A stretch of 64,000 nucleotides of DNA from Desulfomonilia bacterium (GCA_963664325.2 CAXXDQ010000007.1:352001-416000), one strand, 5' to 3'; shown: positions 37,049-47,382, counted from the stretch's first letter. Made by a program: numbers and translations. The notes: generated from the letters alone by a model not told the origin.

Positions 37049-38437
37049 ATGGAAAGGTTCGATGCAATAATCATAGGGACAGGAATCGGCGGAGCCGCAG
37101 TAGGAGCGCTTCTGGCGCATTCCGGCAGAAAGGTGCTCATAGTCGATAAAAACCCTATCATCGGCGGGAGGTGCACCTCCTATACCCACAAGGGCTTCCT
37201 CCTGGATCTCGGTGTCCACCTGTTCGGGCTCGGCGAAAAGGGCCCTCTTGAAGAAGTGCTGTTGATGACCGGTGCCGCCGGCGCGATAGACTGGGTCTCC
37301 GTAAGAAAATCCACCCAGCAGATCGGTGCGGAGGTCAGGAGATACTCTCAGCAGAACATGCTGAACTCCCTTCCGGCCGGAGAACAGACCAATCTTGTTA
37401 ACCTCTTCATGAAAGCCCATACGATCACGGACAGCGAGATCGACGAACTCTGGTATGTCCCTGTCAGGAACTGGATAAACAACTTTTCGACCCATCCGTC
37501 GGTCCACGCCTTCATAAGCTCGATGGTAGAACAGTATTTCTGTGTGAGGTTCGAAACAGCCAGTGCGGCCGAATTCATCAAATGCTTCAGGGATGTTCTT
37601 GCAACCCGTTCGACCGCATACCCGAAAGGCGGATGCATAGGCATCCCCGGGGCATATGTGTCCGTAATCGAGAAACACGGAGGCGATATAAGGCTCAACG
37701 CCGAAGTGAGCAGGATCATCATAAAGGACAAGGCTGCATCCGGCGTATGCATGAAAGACGGGACAAAGCTGTATGCACCTGTAATCATCAGCAATGCCGA
37801 TATCAGGATAACCGTAGACAAGCTGGCGGGCCGCACACATTTCCCGGAAGAATATGTGAAGAAAGTTGAAAACCTTGTCTATTCCGATTCATGCATTATG
37901 CTGAAGGTGGGCCTTAAGGAGAGGATTACGGACGAGCATCTCAGGATGTACATTCCGGACGTCGATTCGCTGACAAAAAATGCTGATGCGCCAAAGGACA
38001 TGTCCGCCGTTCCCGCGAAGGTGCCTGCAATGATCGTGACACCGACCAACTTCGATCCGGCGCTTGGCCCTGACAACGACAAACAGCTCATCTGTCTGGG
38101 GGCATGCGTCAAAACGCTGAGCGGTGTGAGGACCCGGGACTTCAGCCCCTGGCTCGATACGCTTCGCAATACCTTTTACAGCGCCTATCCTGAAGCGAAA
38201 GGCAAAGTGCTGTGGGAAAAAATGGATACTCCGCAGCTAGTCGATGCCTATGCGGGCGAAGACGGCGCGATCGTCGGGGTCGGGCAGACCATTGATCAGG
38301 TACATGACAAGAGGCCATCAGTCGTGAGCCCTGTCGACGGACTTTACTACAGCTGCGCCGAAGCGGGCGGACACGGTATAGGCACCGAGCTTGCTGCAAG
38401 CAGCGCCCTTGAACTGTTCGATATTCTCGGCTCATAG
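37049..38437 (+). CDS. Phytoene desaturase family FAD-dependent oxidoreductase
   Basis: IIGTGIGG Rossmann, GGRC, D.GVH, YPKGG, VISNAD, GLYY. Confidence 0.85.
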   Translation: MERFDAIIIGTGIGGAAVGALLAHSGRKVLIVDKNPIIGGRCTSYTHKGFLLDLGVHLFGLGEKGPLEEVLLMTGAAGAIDWVSVRKSTQQIGAEVRRYSQQNMLNSLPAGEQTNLVNLFMKAHTITDSEIDELWYVPVRNWINNFSTHPSVHAFISSMVEQYFCVRFETASAAEFIKCFRDVLATRSTAYPKGGCIGIPGAYVSVIEKHGGDIRLNAEVSRIIIKDKAASGVCMKDGTKLYAPVIISNADIRITVDKLAGRTHFPEEYVKKVENLVYSDSCIMLKVGLKERITDEHLRMYIPDVDSLTKNADAPKDMSAVPAKVPAMIVTPTNFDPALGPDNDKQLICLGACVKTLSGVRTRDFSPWLDTLRNTFYSAYPEAKGKVLWEKMDTPQLVDAYAGEDGAIVGVGQTIDQVHDKRPSVVSPVDGLYYSCAEAGGHGIGTELAASSALELFDILGS

Positions 38438-38617
38438 CATTCATCAGTTTTAAGGACCTGCCTGTTATCTGATCTCGTGCCTGATGAATTACTAAATGCC
38501 GATTGTATGCCATAAGGCCTGCAAATCTTTTTTGCTGTTGCCATCGGACCAGGATGGGATTATTATTTCCATATCGGTAAATTTCCATAGCGGTAATTCA
38601 AATAAGGGAGGCATGTA

Positions 38618-39295
38618 ATGAGTTTATTGAAAAAGGCTTTATTAGTGGCCGGTTCGACGCTCGGGGCAAACATTGCTCTTACTCTAATCAATATCATACA
38701 GGCAGGGAGTAAATATCCCGATGGCCGGACCATGAAAGACATACTCGGTATGGACCCGGCAAAGGCAACTGCCGGCAATGTCTCCAAGCTGTCCCGCAGG
38801 GACTGCATGCAGCTTTTCTATGCGGCCGAGGAGCCTGATTTTTCGTCGCTGAAGGGTGAGTTCTCTGCCATGGTGCTGCCCGGCGGAGTACAGGGCAAGG
38901 CAAGCGAGCTGTTTACACACCATGTCTTCCCTACCGGCGGCGTCACGCTCAGGACGCACTGGGAGGGAAAGGCCTTCATGCCGGAATCGTCTTCATCCGG
39001 CTACGGATACAACATGTTCACTGACAGATCATCGGGTAGCCCCAAAACCCTCAGGATCAGAAAATTCAGAACGCATGTCGGCCCGACCACACTTGGCAGG
39101 GACGGAAGAAACTCGATACACCTTGTTTATCATGACTTCAATTCAGGCACGGTCAAATCCATGCACGATGAAGCACGGAAAATCAACGGCAATCTCTATA
39201 TATGCGGCGGCTATATGGCCCTGGGCGGCGGCTGGGTCAACCCGGCGCCCTTTGTGCTGACAGGCCCTTCATCGGAATGGGTAGGCCTGGACTGA
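38618..39295 (+). CDS. Hypothetical protein, GXWXG/DUF4334-like
   Basis: LF.A..P....L.GE, WEGKAF, LVY, DE.RKI pattern; recognised by eye only. Confidence 0.55.
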   Translation: MSLLKKALLVAGSTLGANIALTLINIIQAGSKYPDGRTMKDILGMDPAKATAGNVSKLSRRDCMQLFYAAEEPDFSSLKGEFSAMVLPGGVQGKASELFTHHVFPTGGVTLRTHWEGKAFMPESSSSGYGYNMFTDRSSGSPKTLRIRKFRTHVGPTTLGRDGRNSIHLVYHDFNSGTVKSMHDEARKINGNLYICGGYMALGGGWVNPAPFVLTGPSSEWVGLD

Positions 39296-39304
39296 AGCAG
39301 CGCG

Positions 39305-39769
39305 CTAACCGGAATCCCTGAGGGATCCTGCTGACAGCCTTTTCATATATGGTTCACTTCCAAAGCCGAACTGCCAGTAGAATGACATGGCCCTGGTATT
39401 GGCCGGATGAACCCATATCCTAATGTCTGCGGCCTTGTTTTCTTCAAAGAAGCCCAGGGCCGATTCTACAAGCAGCTTTCCGCATCCCATGCAGCGGAAG
39501 CGCTCGTCAATGAACAGGGATTCTATCTCCCCGATATCTTGTCTGTCGATTGTGGAATAGCAGTATCCGCAAAGTTCGCCCTTCTCATAAATGAGTTCAA
39601 TATTGGCCTTGAAACCGGATTTGCCGATCAGCTGTTTCTTCCGCTCCGGCCATGTGGTAGTCCTTACCGGCAGCCCGATTCTCCTGTCGAACGCCTTGTG
39701 CATTTCATTGAGTGAAACCCACATCGGTTCAATAATATCAATCGAATCGGCTGCTATTTTCCTGATCAT
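39305..39769 (-). CDS. GNAT family N-acetyltransferase
   Basis: GEIESLFID..FR..G.G..L, N..A..FY..FGF. Confidence 0.88.
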   Translation of the reverse strand: MIRKIAADSIDIIEPMWVSLNEMHKAFDRRIGLPVRTTTWPERKKQLIGKSGFKANIELIYEKGELCGYCYSTIDRQDIGEIESLFIDERFRCMGCGKLLVESALGFFEENKAADIRIWVHPANTRAMSFYWQFGFGSEPYMKRLSAGSLRDSG

Positions 39770-39775
39770 TCAGGG

Positions 39776-40105
39776 TTATTTTGAAGGCAGGGAGGTGGCA
39801 AAGCTGATGCAGGTCTTTATCCAGAATGAAAGGTCGCTGTCGTCCTCGTATCCTTTGGGGCTGACAACGACAAAACCCTTCATGGGCTTGCCGGTCAGAT
39901 CGAACTTCCTAGTATGGGCCTTTTCGAGGTAGATTTCATAATTGCCCGGCCCCAGTCTGGCTATGAAATCCTCGCCGATTATGCCGCAGAGCATGTTGCC
40001 ATTTAGCATAAAGGCCATGCCACCGAACATCTTCTTTTCTACAATGCCCCGGTAATCAACAAGAATTTCCCTGATCCTCTGCGCAAGCCCTTCGTCGTAT
40101 GGCAT
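39776..40105 (-). CDS. TfoX/Sxy N-terminal domain protein
   Basis: YDE.LA.RIR, EKKMFGG.AFMLNGNM, G.PMKG. Confidence 0.88.
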   Translation of the reverse strand: MPYDEGLAQRIREILVDYRGIVEKKMFGGMAFMLNGNMLCGIIGEDFIARLGPGNYEIYLEKAHTRKFDLTGKPMKGFVVVSPKGYEDDSDLSFWIKTCISFATSLPSK

Positions 40106-40115
40106 TTTTTCTCCG

Positions 40116-40745
40116 TTAAAATGAATAGCTGATACTGAGTGATGGATTTAACTCACCTGCAGTATTATTATCGGAATAATCATTGTCAAACTTGACTCTG
40201 AATAAATTACATTCCAAATCAATGCCTGCAGCCAGGTTTTTGACTATCCTGAAATCCATGCCGATAAGGCCCTGCGCACCTACATTGAAAGAACTGGATT
40301 TTGTAGATTCCTCATATGACCTGTTTGAATAATAGAGCTTTATTTTCCTGTAATACAAACCGGGGCCGGCGCCTGCATAAAAATCAAATTTCCCCGAGCT
40401 GTAAATATACATGAATGTGACCGGTGCGTTCACCGAATAAAGGTCTACCTTATGTAATTCCTTAAGACCGTTTTCATATTCTACGGACTCCTCGCAGGAA
40501 TTATATGCATACCCCAGGGCGCCCCTGACCCCGAATACACCGATCCTCCTGGTGTAAGAGAGTTCATAGTATGCACCCGGGTCTATGCTGATTTTATCGC
40601 CGTGCGGGTTGTCTATCTTTATTGCAGGGTTCATGTACCCGAGCTTGAACATGATGAAATTCTCTGCCCGAGCTTCCCCGGCATTGGCCGGGGCCGGAAC
40701 GGCGATGAACCAGGAGAACATCAAAAAAATGAAATATTTTTTCAT
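40116..40745 (-). CDS. Outer membrane beta-barrel protein (OmpW/OmpA-like)
   Basis: Signal peptide, alternating beta strands, FYAGAG, terminal SYSF. Confidence 0.75.
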   Translation of the reverse strand: MKKYFIFLMFSWFIAVPAPANAGEARAENFIMFKLGYMNPAIKIDNPHGDKISIDPGAYYELSYTRRIGVFGVRGALGYAYNSCEESVEYENGLKELHKVDLYSVNAPVTFMYIYSSGKFDFYAGAGPGLYYRKIKLYYSNRSYEESTKSSSFNVGAQGLIGMDFRIVKNLAAGIDLECNLFRVKFDNDYSDNNTAGELNPSLSISYSF

Positions 40746-40794
40746 GAACGCTTCATATGAATTCAAAATCAATGCCCCCCTGTTTATACTCCAT

Positions 40795-41346
40795 TCAGAA
40801 TTTTTCTCCGAACCTTTCCAGGTGGGTCATGTCTGCAAGCTCCTTCCTGCCAGGAGAGCCGCGCAGGGCTTCGGGTTTGCCGACAGGCAACACGGCGACA
40901 ACCTCGTAGCCGTCGGGAAGCTCTACTATCTTTTTGCATGCGTCGTGGTCCATCAGGCCAACAACCACCGTGCCCAGCCCTGTTTCATGCGCCTTTAGGC
41001 ACAGGTTCTGTACCGCCATGCCCAGGTCGAACATGAACCACTCCTTGTGCTTGGTCATATCCTTGCCGCCATAGCCTCCTGACACACCGGTTTTTGCACA
41101 GGCCACTATCAGCACCGAGGCGTTGAGGGCCCCTTTTATGGCCGGGTTTTTCTCCGAGAAGGTCCCGACAACCTTCTGAATCCGCTCCCTGTCCCTGATG
41201 ATTACAAACTCCCAGACCTGTGTATTCGCCCAGGACTGCGAAAGCCTGGCCGCTTCAAGTATCTGCCTGAGCTCATCATCCGTGACCACATAATCCGTAT
41301 ACTTCCTGACGCTTCTTCTTTCGGCAATTGCCTTATCCAGTTCCAT
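40795..41346 (-). CDS. Nitroreductase family protein
   Basis: RRSVRKY, SWANTQ.WEF, QNL.L.A...GLGT. Confidence 0.92.
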   Translation of the reverse strand: MELDKAIAERRSVRKYTDYVVTDDELRQILEAARLSQSWANTQVWEFVIIRDRERIQKVVGTFSEKNPAIKGALNASVLIVACAKTGVSGGYGGKDMTKHKEWFMFDLGMAVQNLCLKAHETGLGTVVVGLMDHDACKKIVELPDGYEVVAVLPVGKPEALRGSPGRKELADMTHLERFGEKF

Positions 41347-41358
41347 ATGTATTCTCCT

Positions 41359-42120
41359 TTATCCCATCATCTTCATTACGAATTCGAGCGCCGAGCGCAC
41401 CTGCGGGTCAAAAAAGCAGTTGAGGCTCTGCTGCCAGTCGTTTCTGTCAAGCCTTGCCTGTATTGCATCCGCGGCAGGTTTTTTCAGCCCTTCCTTGATT
41501 TTGATGAACGCCCTGCCCGGGTTGTCGATAAACCTTGACACTATTTCCTTTGCCCTTGCCACAACACGGTCGGCAGGTACAATTTCGTCGACTGCCCCTA
41601 TGATCTGGGCCTGCGACGGGTCCATCATCTCGCCGAAATACATTACATCACGGTATGTTTTATCGCTGTTGAGGCCGAACCTCACGACCCCGGCCTGCAC
41701 CACAGAGAGAGGCAGACCTATCTTGATCTCGCTCATGCCGAACTTTATCTTGGGATTATCAGCCATTATACGGTAATCGCAGGCCATCGAGAATATCATC
41801 CCGGCTGCAACGGCATGGCCGTTTATTGCAGCAATGACCGGCTTTTTGCACATGAAGAGGTCAAGCAGTACAGGCTCCTCAATGTCAAAAAATGCCACCA
41901 CCTCATCAAGGTCTTTAAGCGAGAGAAACATCGGCAGGTCGAAACCCGAAGACATCACCTTGCCCGTGCCTGTAAGGACAATCCCTTTTACGGCATCGTC
42001 GGTATTCGCATTTTTCACTATTTCACCGAGGGCCTTAACCGTATCGAGGGTGATCGTGTTGCCCTTTCCGTTTTCAAAAGCGGCTATTATTATGCCGTCT
42101 TCATTCCTGGAATTTATCAT
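41359..42120 (-). CDS. Enoyl-CoA hydratase/isomerase family protein
   Basis: SSGFDL, KPVIAAINGHAVAAG, ACDYR, E.KIGL; ATG after aggagg. Confidence 0.9.
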   Translation of the reverse strand: MINSRNEDGIIIAAFENGKGNTITLDTVKALGEIVKNANTDDAVKGIVLTGTGKVMSSGFDLPMFLSLKDLDEVVAFFDIEEPVLLDLFMCKKPVIAAINGHAVAAGMIFSMACDYRIMADNPKIKFGMSEIKIGLPLSVVQAGVVRFGLNSDKTYRDVMYFGEMMDPSQAQIIGAVDEIVPADRVVARAKEIVSRFIDNPGRAFIKIKEGLKKPAADAIQARLDRNDWQQSLNCFFDPQVRSALEFVMKMMG

Positions 42121-42139
42121 TGTTTCCTCCTGATTATTT

Positions 42140-43027
42140 TCAGTCCGAGAATCGTGTCGAGCTGCTGACGCCCAGCTGTTCATATATCTTCAGCGTTGCC
42201 CGTGCCGCATTGAGCGTGTAGAAATGCACGCCTTTTACACCGTTATCAATCAGGTCCCTTACCTGCTCCGTCGCCCAGTGGATACCGACCTTTTCAGCAT
42301 AGTGGTCGTTTTCGGCCCGCAGCACAGATTTCTGAAGCCGGGCCGGAATCCTGGCCCCTTCCGCCTTCTCGGCTATCCTCGCCATGCTGTTCCTGTTCAG
42401 AACCGGCATTATGCCTGCAATCACAGGCACCTTAATGCCGGCAAGTTCGCAGCGCTCCCTGAAATCATAAAAATCCCTGTTGTCGAAAAAGAGCTGTGTG
42501 ATGATGTAATCGGCTCCTGCATCAACTTTGGCCTTGAGATAATCCATCTCGAGTAGCCTGTTGGGCGTTGCAGGATGGCCTTCGGGAAATCCCGCCGCGC
42601 CAACACACATTCCCGGATAATCCTTCTTTATGAATCCGATCAGTTCAGCGGCATACCGGAACCCGTCGCCAGGCGTTTCCCAAACCTGGCCCACAGGAGG
42701 GTCGCCCCTTAATGCAAGTATGTTCTGAACACCCGCATCATTATAAGTCCTGAGTATCTTTCTTATCTCATCCCTTCCCGTATTGACGCATGTTAAGTGG
42801 GAGACAACCATCAGCCCTATTTCGTTTTTGATCCTGATAACGAGCTCATGCGTGTTTTCACGAGTCGATCCGCCTGCTCCGTAGGTCACGCTCACCCAGG
42901 ACGGCTTCAGGTCTTTCAATTCGGATATCGTGTTAAAAAGTTTTTCCCAGCCCGGCTGAGTCTTGGGAGGAAAAAACTCGAAACTGAATGTGATTTTGGA
43001 CTCTCTCAGAACCTCAATTACCTTCAC
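42140..43027 (-). CDS. metF: 5,10-methylenetetrahydrofolate reductase
   Basis: SFEFFPPK, SVTYGAGG, HLTC, LALRGDPP, TQLFF, HFYTLN. Confidence 0.95.
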   Translation of the reverse strand: MKVIEVLRESKITFSFEFFPPKTQPGWEKLFNTISELKDLKPSWVSVTYGAGGSTRENTHELVIRIKNEIGLMVVSHLTCVNTGRDEIRKILRTYNDAGVQNILALRGDPPVGQVWETPGDGFRYAAELIGFIKKDYPGMCVGAAGFPEGHPATPNRLLEMDYLKAKVDAGADYIITQLFFDNRDFYDFRERCELAGIKVPVIAGIMPVLNRNSMARIAEKAEGARIPARLQKSVLRAENDHYAEKVGIHWATEQVRDLIDNGVKGVHFYTLNAARATLKIYEQLGVSSSTRFSD

Positions 43028-43110
43028 AAATACCCCTGAAATTTTTTATCATAGACCGGGCATCAAGTCACTTACTATAACCACGGTTGCAGTCAATATG
43101 CATTTCAAAC

Positions 43111-43416
43111 TTAGACTTCGGAATCGGCCGGATATACATTGGTATACTTGATGCTGTAGCGGGTCTCTTCCATTATGCCGTCAACGATGCCGCGCCATTT
43201 GAGGTAATGCTGGCTTTCCTTGTGCTTTACAGGTACACCGGCATCCCTGTATATTTCGCAGAATACGAACTTCGAAGGATCATCTTCCTGCTGTATTATG
43301 TCGAACCTCAGAAACCCCGGCTCATTGAGGCTGCTTTTTGCGTTCTCGACGGAAGCCTGCCTGAACAATTCTTCCGAACCCTTTTTAACATGTATGAAGA
43401 CCAGAACGACTATCAT
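43111..43416 (-). CDS. Antibiotic biosynthesis monooxygenase / LsrG-like putative quinol monooxygenase
   Basis: S..EPG.LRFD, F...E.Y, HK...HY..W. Confidence 0.85.
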   Translation of the reverse strand: MIVVLVFIHVKKGSEELFRQASVENAKSSLNEPGFLRFDIIQQEDDPSKFVFCEIYRDAGVPVKHKESQHYLKWRGIVDGIMEETRYSIKYTNVYPADSEV

Positions 43417-43594
43417 TTGCGTCTCTCCTTATCAGGTGATCACAGAGAGTGTATCAACTGAAAATATTATTATCAAGAAGAAGGCTTAAGCCGCATGGCT
43501 TAAAAACACGCTTTTCCTGTCACACCCATAATACCTGCAGGCCGCCTGACAGCTTGCGAAACAGGACGCCCCGGCGGCAGCCCATACCTTGATC

Positions 43595-44518
43595 TTATTT
43601 CTGGATATCCGGCTTTATCACCGTCATTGCCGTTGCAATAAGCCCGGCCATGTCGGAGAGATTTGCCGGTATTATCATCGAGTTGTTGGTCTTGGCAAGC
43701 CCTGCAAATGCGTTCACGAACTGTTCGGCCACGCGAAGATTAACCGCCTGCAGTCCGTTCGCCTCACCTATGGATTTGGCAATTTCCCTTATCCCGGTGG
43801 CGGTCGCCTCTGCAACAAGCTTGATCTCCGCCGCCCTTCCCTCGGCCTCGTTGATGCGCTTCTGCTTCTCACCCTCTGACTTCAGTATGAACTCTCTCTT
43901 GTCGCCTTCGGCCACGTTGATCTTAGCCTGCATCGCGCCCTCGGACTCGGCTATGACGGCCCGCTTCTCGCGTTCGGCTCTCATCTGCTTTTCCATGGCG
44001 TCCTTGATGCTCTGAGGCGGCTGAATATTCTTGATTTCATAACGGATGACCTTCACACCCCAGGGTTCGGAAGCCTTGTCCAGCGCGTCCACAACAGCAG
44101 CGTTTATTTTTTCCCGTTCTTCAAATGTCTTGTCCAGTTCTATCTGGCCTATCTGCGAGCGCATGGTCGTCTGCGCGAGCTGGATGGATGCGAATAGAAG
44201 GTTTGAAATGCCGTAGCTCGCCTTCTCCGCTGAGACTATCTGCAGATAAAGCACTCCGTCAACCTCTATTGCTATGTTGTCCCTTGTGATGCACGATTGC
44301 GGCGGCACGTCTATTGCCGCTTCCTTAAGTGAATGCCTGTAGGCGACCTTGTCTATAAAAGGGATGAGCACATGAAGGCCCGCATCCCATGTTGCAAAGT
44401 ATTTCCCCAGCCTTTCAACCACATAAGCTGTTTTCTGCGGGACAATCCGTATACCCCAGCCCAGGATAATTACGACAAGAATGATAATTATAGAAAGTAT
44501 AACGGTCGGAACTGACAT
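43595..44518 (-). CDS. SPFH / stomatin-like (QmcA-type) membrane protein
   Basis: VVERLGKY, QTTMRS.IG, WGVKV.RYEI, MEKQMRAEREKRA. Confidence 0.93.
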   Translation of the reverse strand: MSVPTVILSIIIILVVIILGWGIRIVPQKTAYVVERLGKYFATWDAGLHVLIPFIDKVAYRHSLKEAAIDVPPQSCITRDNIAIEVDGVLYLQIVSAEKASYGISNLLFASIQLAQTTMRSQIGQIELDKTFEEREKINAAVVDALDKASEPWGVKVIRYEIKNIQPPQSIKDAMEKQMRAEREKRAVIAESEGAMQAKINVAEGDKREFILKSEGEKQKRINEAEGRAAEIKLVAEATATGIREIAKSIGEANGLQAVNLRVAEQFVNAFAGLAKTNNSMIIPANLSDMAGLIATAMTVIKPDIQK

Positions 44519-44528
44519 ATTACCTCCC

Positions 44529-44987
44529 TTATTTATTGTTAAGCGGCTTGACCTTCAGAGTAATGTTATCCCTGCCTGCTATTTCCACGTTTTCACCAAC
44601 GGGAATGGCCAGCTCCGATACGGCGGGCCATGAACTGCCCCTGAACTCCACCTTACCCGCAATCCCCGGCCTGATCTCCTGTATAACGACTGCTTTCATG
44701 CCTACATATCCCTCTAGGTATTCATCGGAAGTCCCCGGAGTCCTGTTTCTCCCTACGAAGATCCCGCTGAATTTCTTTCTGAGCAGGAGAAGCAGCGCCA
44801 GTGAAAGCACGAGGAATGCCAGCAGTTGAGATGAAAGGGACAGAGGAAATATCCAGAGGAGTACAGCAGTCAGCATAGCTCCGAGTCCGAAGAAAAAGAT
44901 GATCAGCCCGGGAAGCGCAAGCTCCACGAGACAGAGTATAGCCCCGAGAATAAACCATATAAGCACCGGATTTTTGAGAAGTTCCAT
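44529..44987 (-). CDS. NfeD family protein (short form)
   Basis: W...G..L...E...PG TM region plus OB fold G.VE..GS.W.A; canonical partner of SPFH gene. Confidence 0.88.
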   Translation of the reverse strand: MELLKNPVLIWFILGAILCLVELALPGLIIFFFGLGAMLTAVLLWIFPLSLSSQLLAFLVLSLALLLLLRKKFSGIFVGRNRTPGTSDEYLEGYVGMKAVVIQEIRPGIAGKVEFRGSSWPAVSELAIPVGENVEIAGRDNITLKVKPLNNK

Positions 44988-45280
44988 GAAATCCTCCAAT
45001 TCATCCAACTTGATCTCTGTGGCAAATAATACCCCAAGTCGTATCCTTCTTCAAATTAAAGAACAGGTAATATTTAAAATGACTGTCACGGTTCCACCCT
45101 GAAAAGATTAAATCGTTCATTTTTTTGTTGCGATTAAACGTTTCTTTTAACCGGCGCATACTTTTTTAAAAGAATCGATCAGTAAAGCTTGCCTTTACAA
45201 CATTGCAAATTCATTTAGCAACCATGATATGTTACGCAATTTCATTATGTTAAGGGCTTTTTTTATTAAATATCAAAAAC

Positions 45281-45296
45281 TGGCACGGTTCTTCCT
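45281..45296 (+). promoter_or_regulatory. Putative sigma54 (-24/-12) promoter
   Basis: TGGCAC-ggttc-TTCCT versus consensus TGGCAC-N5-TTGCW (one mismatch); AT-rich upstream region. Confidence 0.4.
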
Positions 45297-45338
45297 AAGG
45301 AATAATGTAAAGAAACGCAAATTAAGGGAGGGTAAAAA

Positions 45339-45614
45339 ATGAAAAGGACAATGCAGACATTGATCGTATCGGTATTCGTCGTATTAATCACAGCAACTTT
45401 CGCCTTCGCGGCAAACGCAATCTCCGGCGACGGGAGCTTCCCTTATTTCAATCTCGGCTGCCTTATCATGGGCGGACTGACAATAGTATCCTTGAAGTAC
45501 AGATATCCGAAAATGTATCTCAGCGAGGCGGTCGGATCATTCGCACTTTACGCTGTGCTGGTTGCCCTGTTCACGGCCCCGGTGATTGAGTCTGTAAGGA
45601 CTCTTGTAAACTGA
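45339..45614 (+). CDS. Small hypothetical membrane protein with signal peptide
   Basis: RBS ggagg; AFA cleavage site; two further TM segments. Confidence 0.75.
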   Translation: MKRTMQTLIVSVFVVLITATFAFAANAISGDGSFPYFNLGCLIMGGLTIVSLKYRYPKMYLSEAVGSFALYAVLVALFTAPVIESVRTLVN

Positions 45615-45675
45615 TATAGAGCCATATGGGACGGGATTCATATCCCGCCCCTAAGATTAGTGAAAGGGGATAATT

Positions 45676-45933
45676 ATGAAGAAGCTCTTCAAAGACGATA
45701 AAGACAGAAAAACCATGAATAATGTCCTGAAGATCAGCGCATGGGGTTTCGTAATAGTTATTTCTTCTTTCGTATTCATGTTCGTCGGACGGTGGATAGA
45801 TGTTAATTTCAACACCGAACCGGCCTTCATGCTGGGTATGCTTGTCCTGGGCATCTCCCTCGGAATATTCAGGATGTACAGGGACGGAGTGGACAAAATT
45901 CAAAAAGTATACAAGAAAGACAAACCAGCCTGA
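45676..45933 (+). CDS. AtpZ/AtpI (ATPase gene 1) family small membrane protein
   Basis: G.WID..F.T.P.F....L.LG....F two-TM hairpin. Confidence 0.7.
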   Translation: MKKLFKDDKDRKTMNNVLKISAWGFVIVISSFVFMFVGRWIDVNFNTEPAFMLGMLVLGISLGIFRMYRDGVDKIQKVYKKDKPA

Positions 45934-45987
45934 GACGTTATCCGATTAATATTCCGCCCTGAACCTGATCAGGCACTGTTTATTATT

Positions 45988-47382
45988 CTACTCGTTGACA
46001 TTATACCCGTATTCAAGTCCACCGTCGTCAGACCAGAAATCGCGGATGGTCTCATAGACCTTTACTTTTATCGGATATTTGTGAAGCAAGTCCCAGTTCA
46101 GGTATACCGTCTTTTCCGTCAGACGGGAAACGACAACATGAACATTCACCCCAAGCGCCTCGAAATCGCTGAAGATATAGTCTTCATGGGGAAACAGCAG
46201 CCTGTTGTAGTCTCCGATCTCAGATCGGAAATCCATTACGGTTTTATAATTTGAAGTCTCAATGGTTATCTTCTGGTTAAGAGGAATTTTCGCGGAGCCG
46301 AGTGAATCTGTATAGACGGCCCAGTTGTCCCGCTCTATCTTGTAAATTTTAACAATTCCGTCATTTGTCGTAACGAATCCGGGCTGCAGGATGTCCTCAA
46401 CGGAATTCGGTGACATGACAATGCTTCTCACCCCGATATGCGTATCGCTGTTAAGCCTGATATCAGCGAATTTGCCTATGCCCGGAATGCTTAATTGAGT
46501 CGGATTATCCCCGGTTTCCAGGGCTGTGGCAAGATTATGCCTTCCAATGCCGGCTATAATCGAGAGGTCCTTTTTAGGGTCTGAATTGGGTACATTGACA
46601 TGATACCATCCCCATGGGAAATCGATTGACGGATTCCCTTCCGGGAAATTCACACCCCAGTTTTCATCGCAATAGGCGCGGAAATTTTCATTTCTTTCTA
46701 TAATATAAGTGGTATCGCCGACCTTGATGTATCCTTCAGCCTCTGAATCATGGGCATAGGTGTTCCAGTTTATAAGGCCCACACTCTTCGCGATATTCTG
46801 AATATCCTGTTGTCCATACCAGCCGTAATTCCTGTATATAACCAAGTCCCACTCAATATATATGCCCGGAGCGCATCCGTCCGCGAACCAGACGCTTGAA
46901 GGGTTCCTCATTTTTCCGCGCACATGATAGGTGTCGTCGTTAATCACTTTAATCTCAAAATCGACATCCTGATTATTCTTGATCGTAATATCGAAATCCC
47001 GCTCCGCCTTGAAATTTTCCAATGGATAGCGCTCGATTTTCTGGAAGTTTTTCCCATTCACCTTATCGACCATTGCAAACAAGACATATGAGCCCTCGTT
47101 GGTCAGATCTTTTGCGCAGGCCGACATACTGTAGTCAAATGCGAAGTAACGGTTATTTTTGTGGTCTTTAACTGCAAAATACCACCATTGATAAAACGGT
47201 TTGTCCGAGAAATATTCCGCCCTGCGATACCTCTGATGATAACTTTCCGGCTGCACGACTCCATCTCTGGCCAGCGATGCTATCTTTCCGGGGTCGGTAA
47301 ACGGATAGTCTTTCAAATCATATGCATGAGAAATAAGCGGAAAAAACAACAATACAATTAAAATCAGACTGCATTTTTTCAT
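45988..47382 (-). CDS. Secreted tocopherol cyclase-like protein
   Basis: Signal peptide ..SHA; FYQWWYF; AYCDENWG.NFP..W.W motif. Confidence 0.6.
   Translation of the reverse strand: MKKCSLILIVLLFFPLISHAYDLKDYPFTDPGKIASLARDGVVQPESYHQRYRRAEYFSDKPFYQWWYFAVKDHKNNRYFAFDYSMSACAKDLTNEGSYVLFAMVDKVNGKNFQKIERYPLENFKAERDFDITIKNNQDVDFEIKVINDDTYHVRGKMRNPSSVWFADGCAPGIYIEWDLVIYRNYGWYGQQDIQNIAKSVGLINWNTYAHDSEAEGYIKVGDTTYIIERNENFRAYCDENWGVNFPEGNPSIDFPWGWYHVNVPNSDPKKDLSIIAGIGRHNLATALETGDNPTQLSIPGIGKFADIRLNSDTHIGVRSIVMSPNSVEDILQPGFVTTNDGIVKIYKIERDNWAVYTDSLGSAKIPLNQKITIETSNYKTVMDFRSEIGDYNRLLFPHEDYIFSDFEALGVNVHVVVSRLTEKTVYLNWDLLHKYPIKVKVYETIRDFWSDDGGLEYGYNVNE

Noticed and set aside
37013-37840. Long antisense or alternate-frame ORFs (also 16761-17513, 23349-24128, 53085-53876)
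   Set aside because: Shadow frames of well-supported genes, with no independent motifs.
43028-43110. SAM or SAH riboswitch upstream of metF
   Set aside because: Only about 80 bp and no recognisable aptamer motifs.
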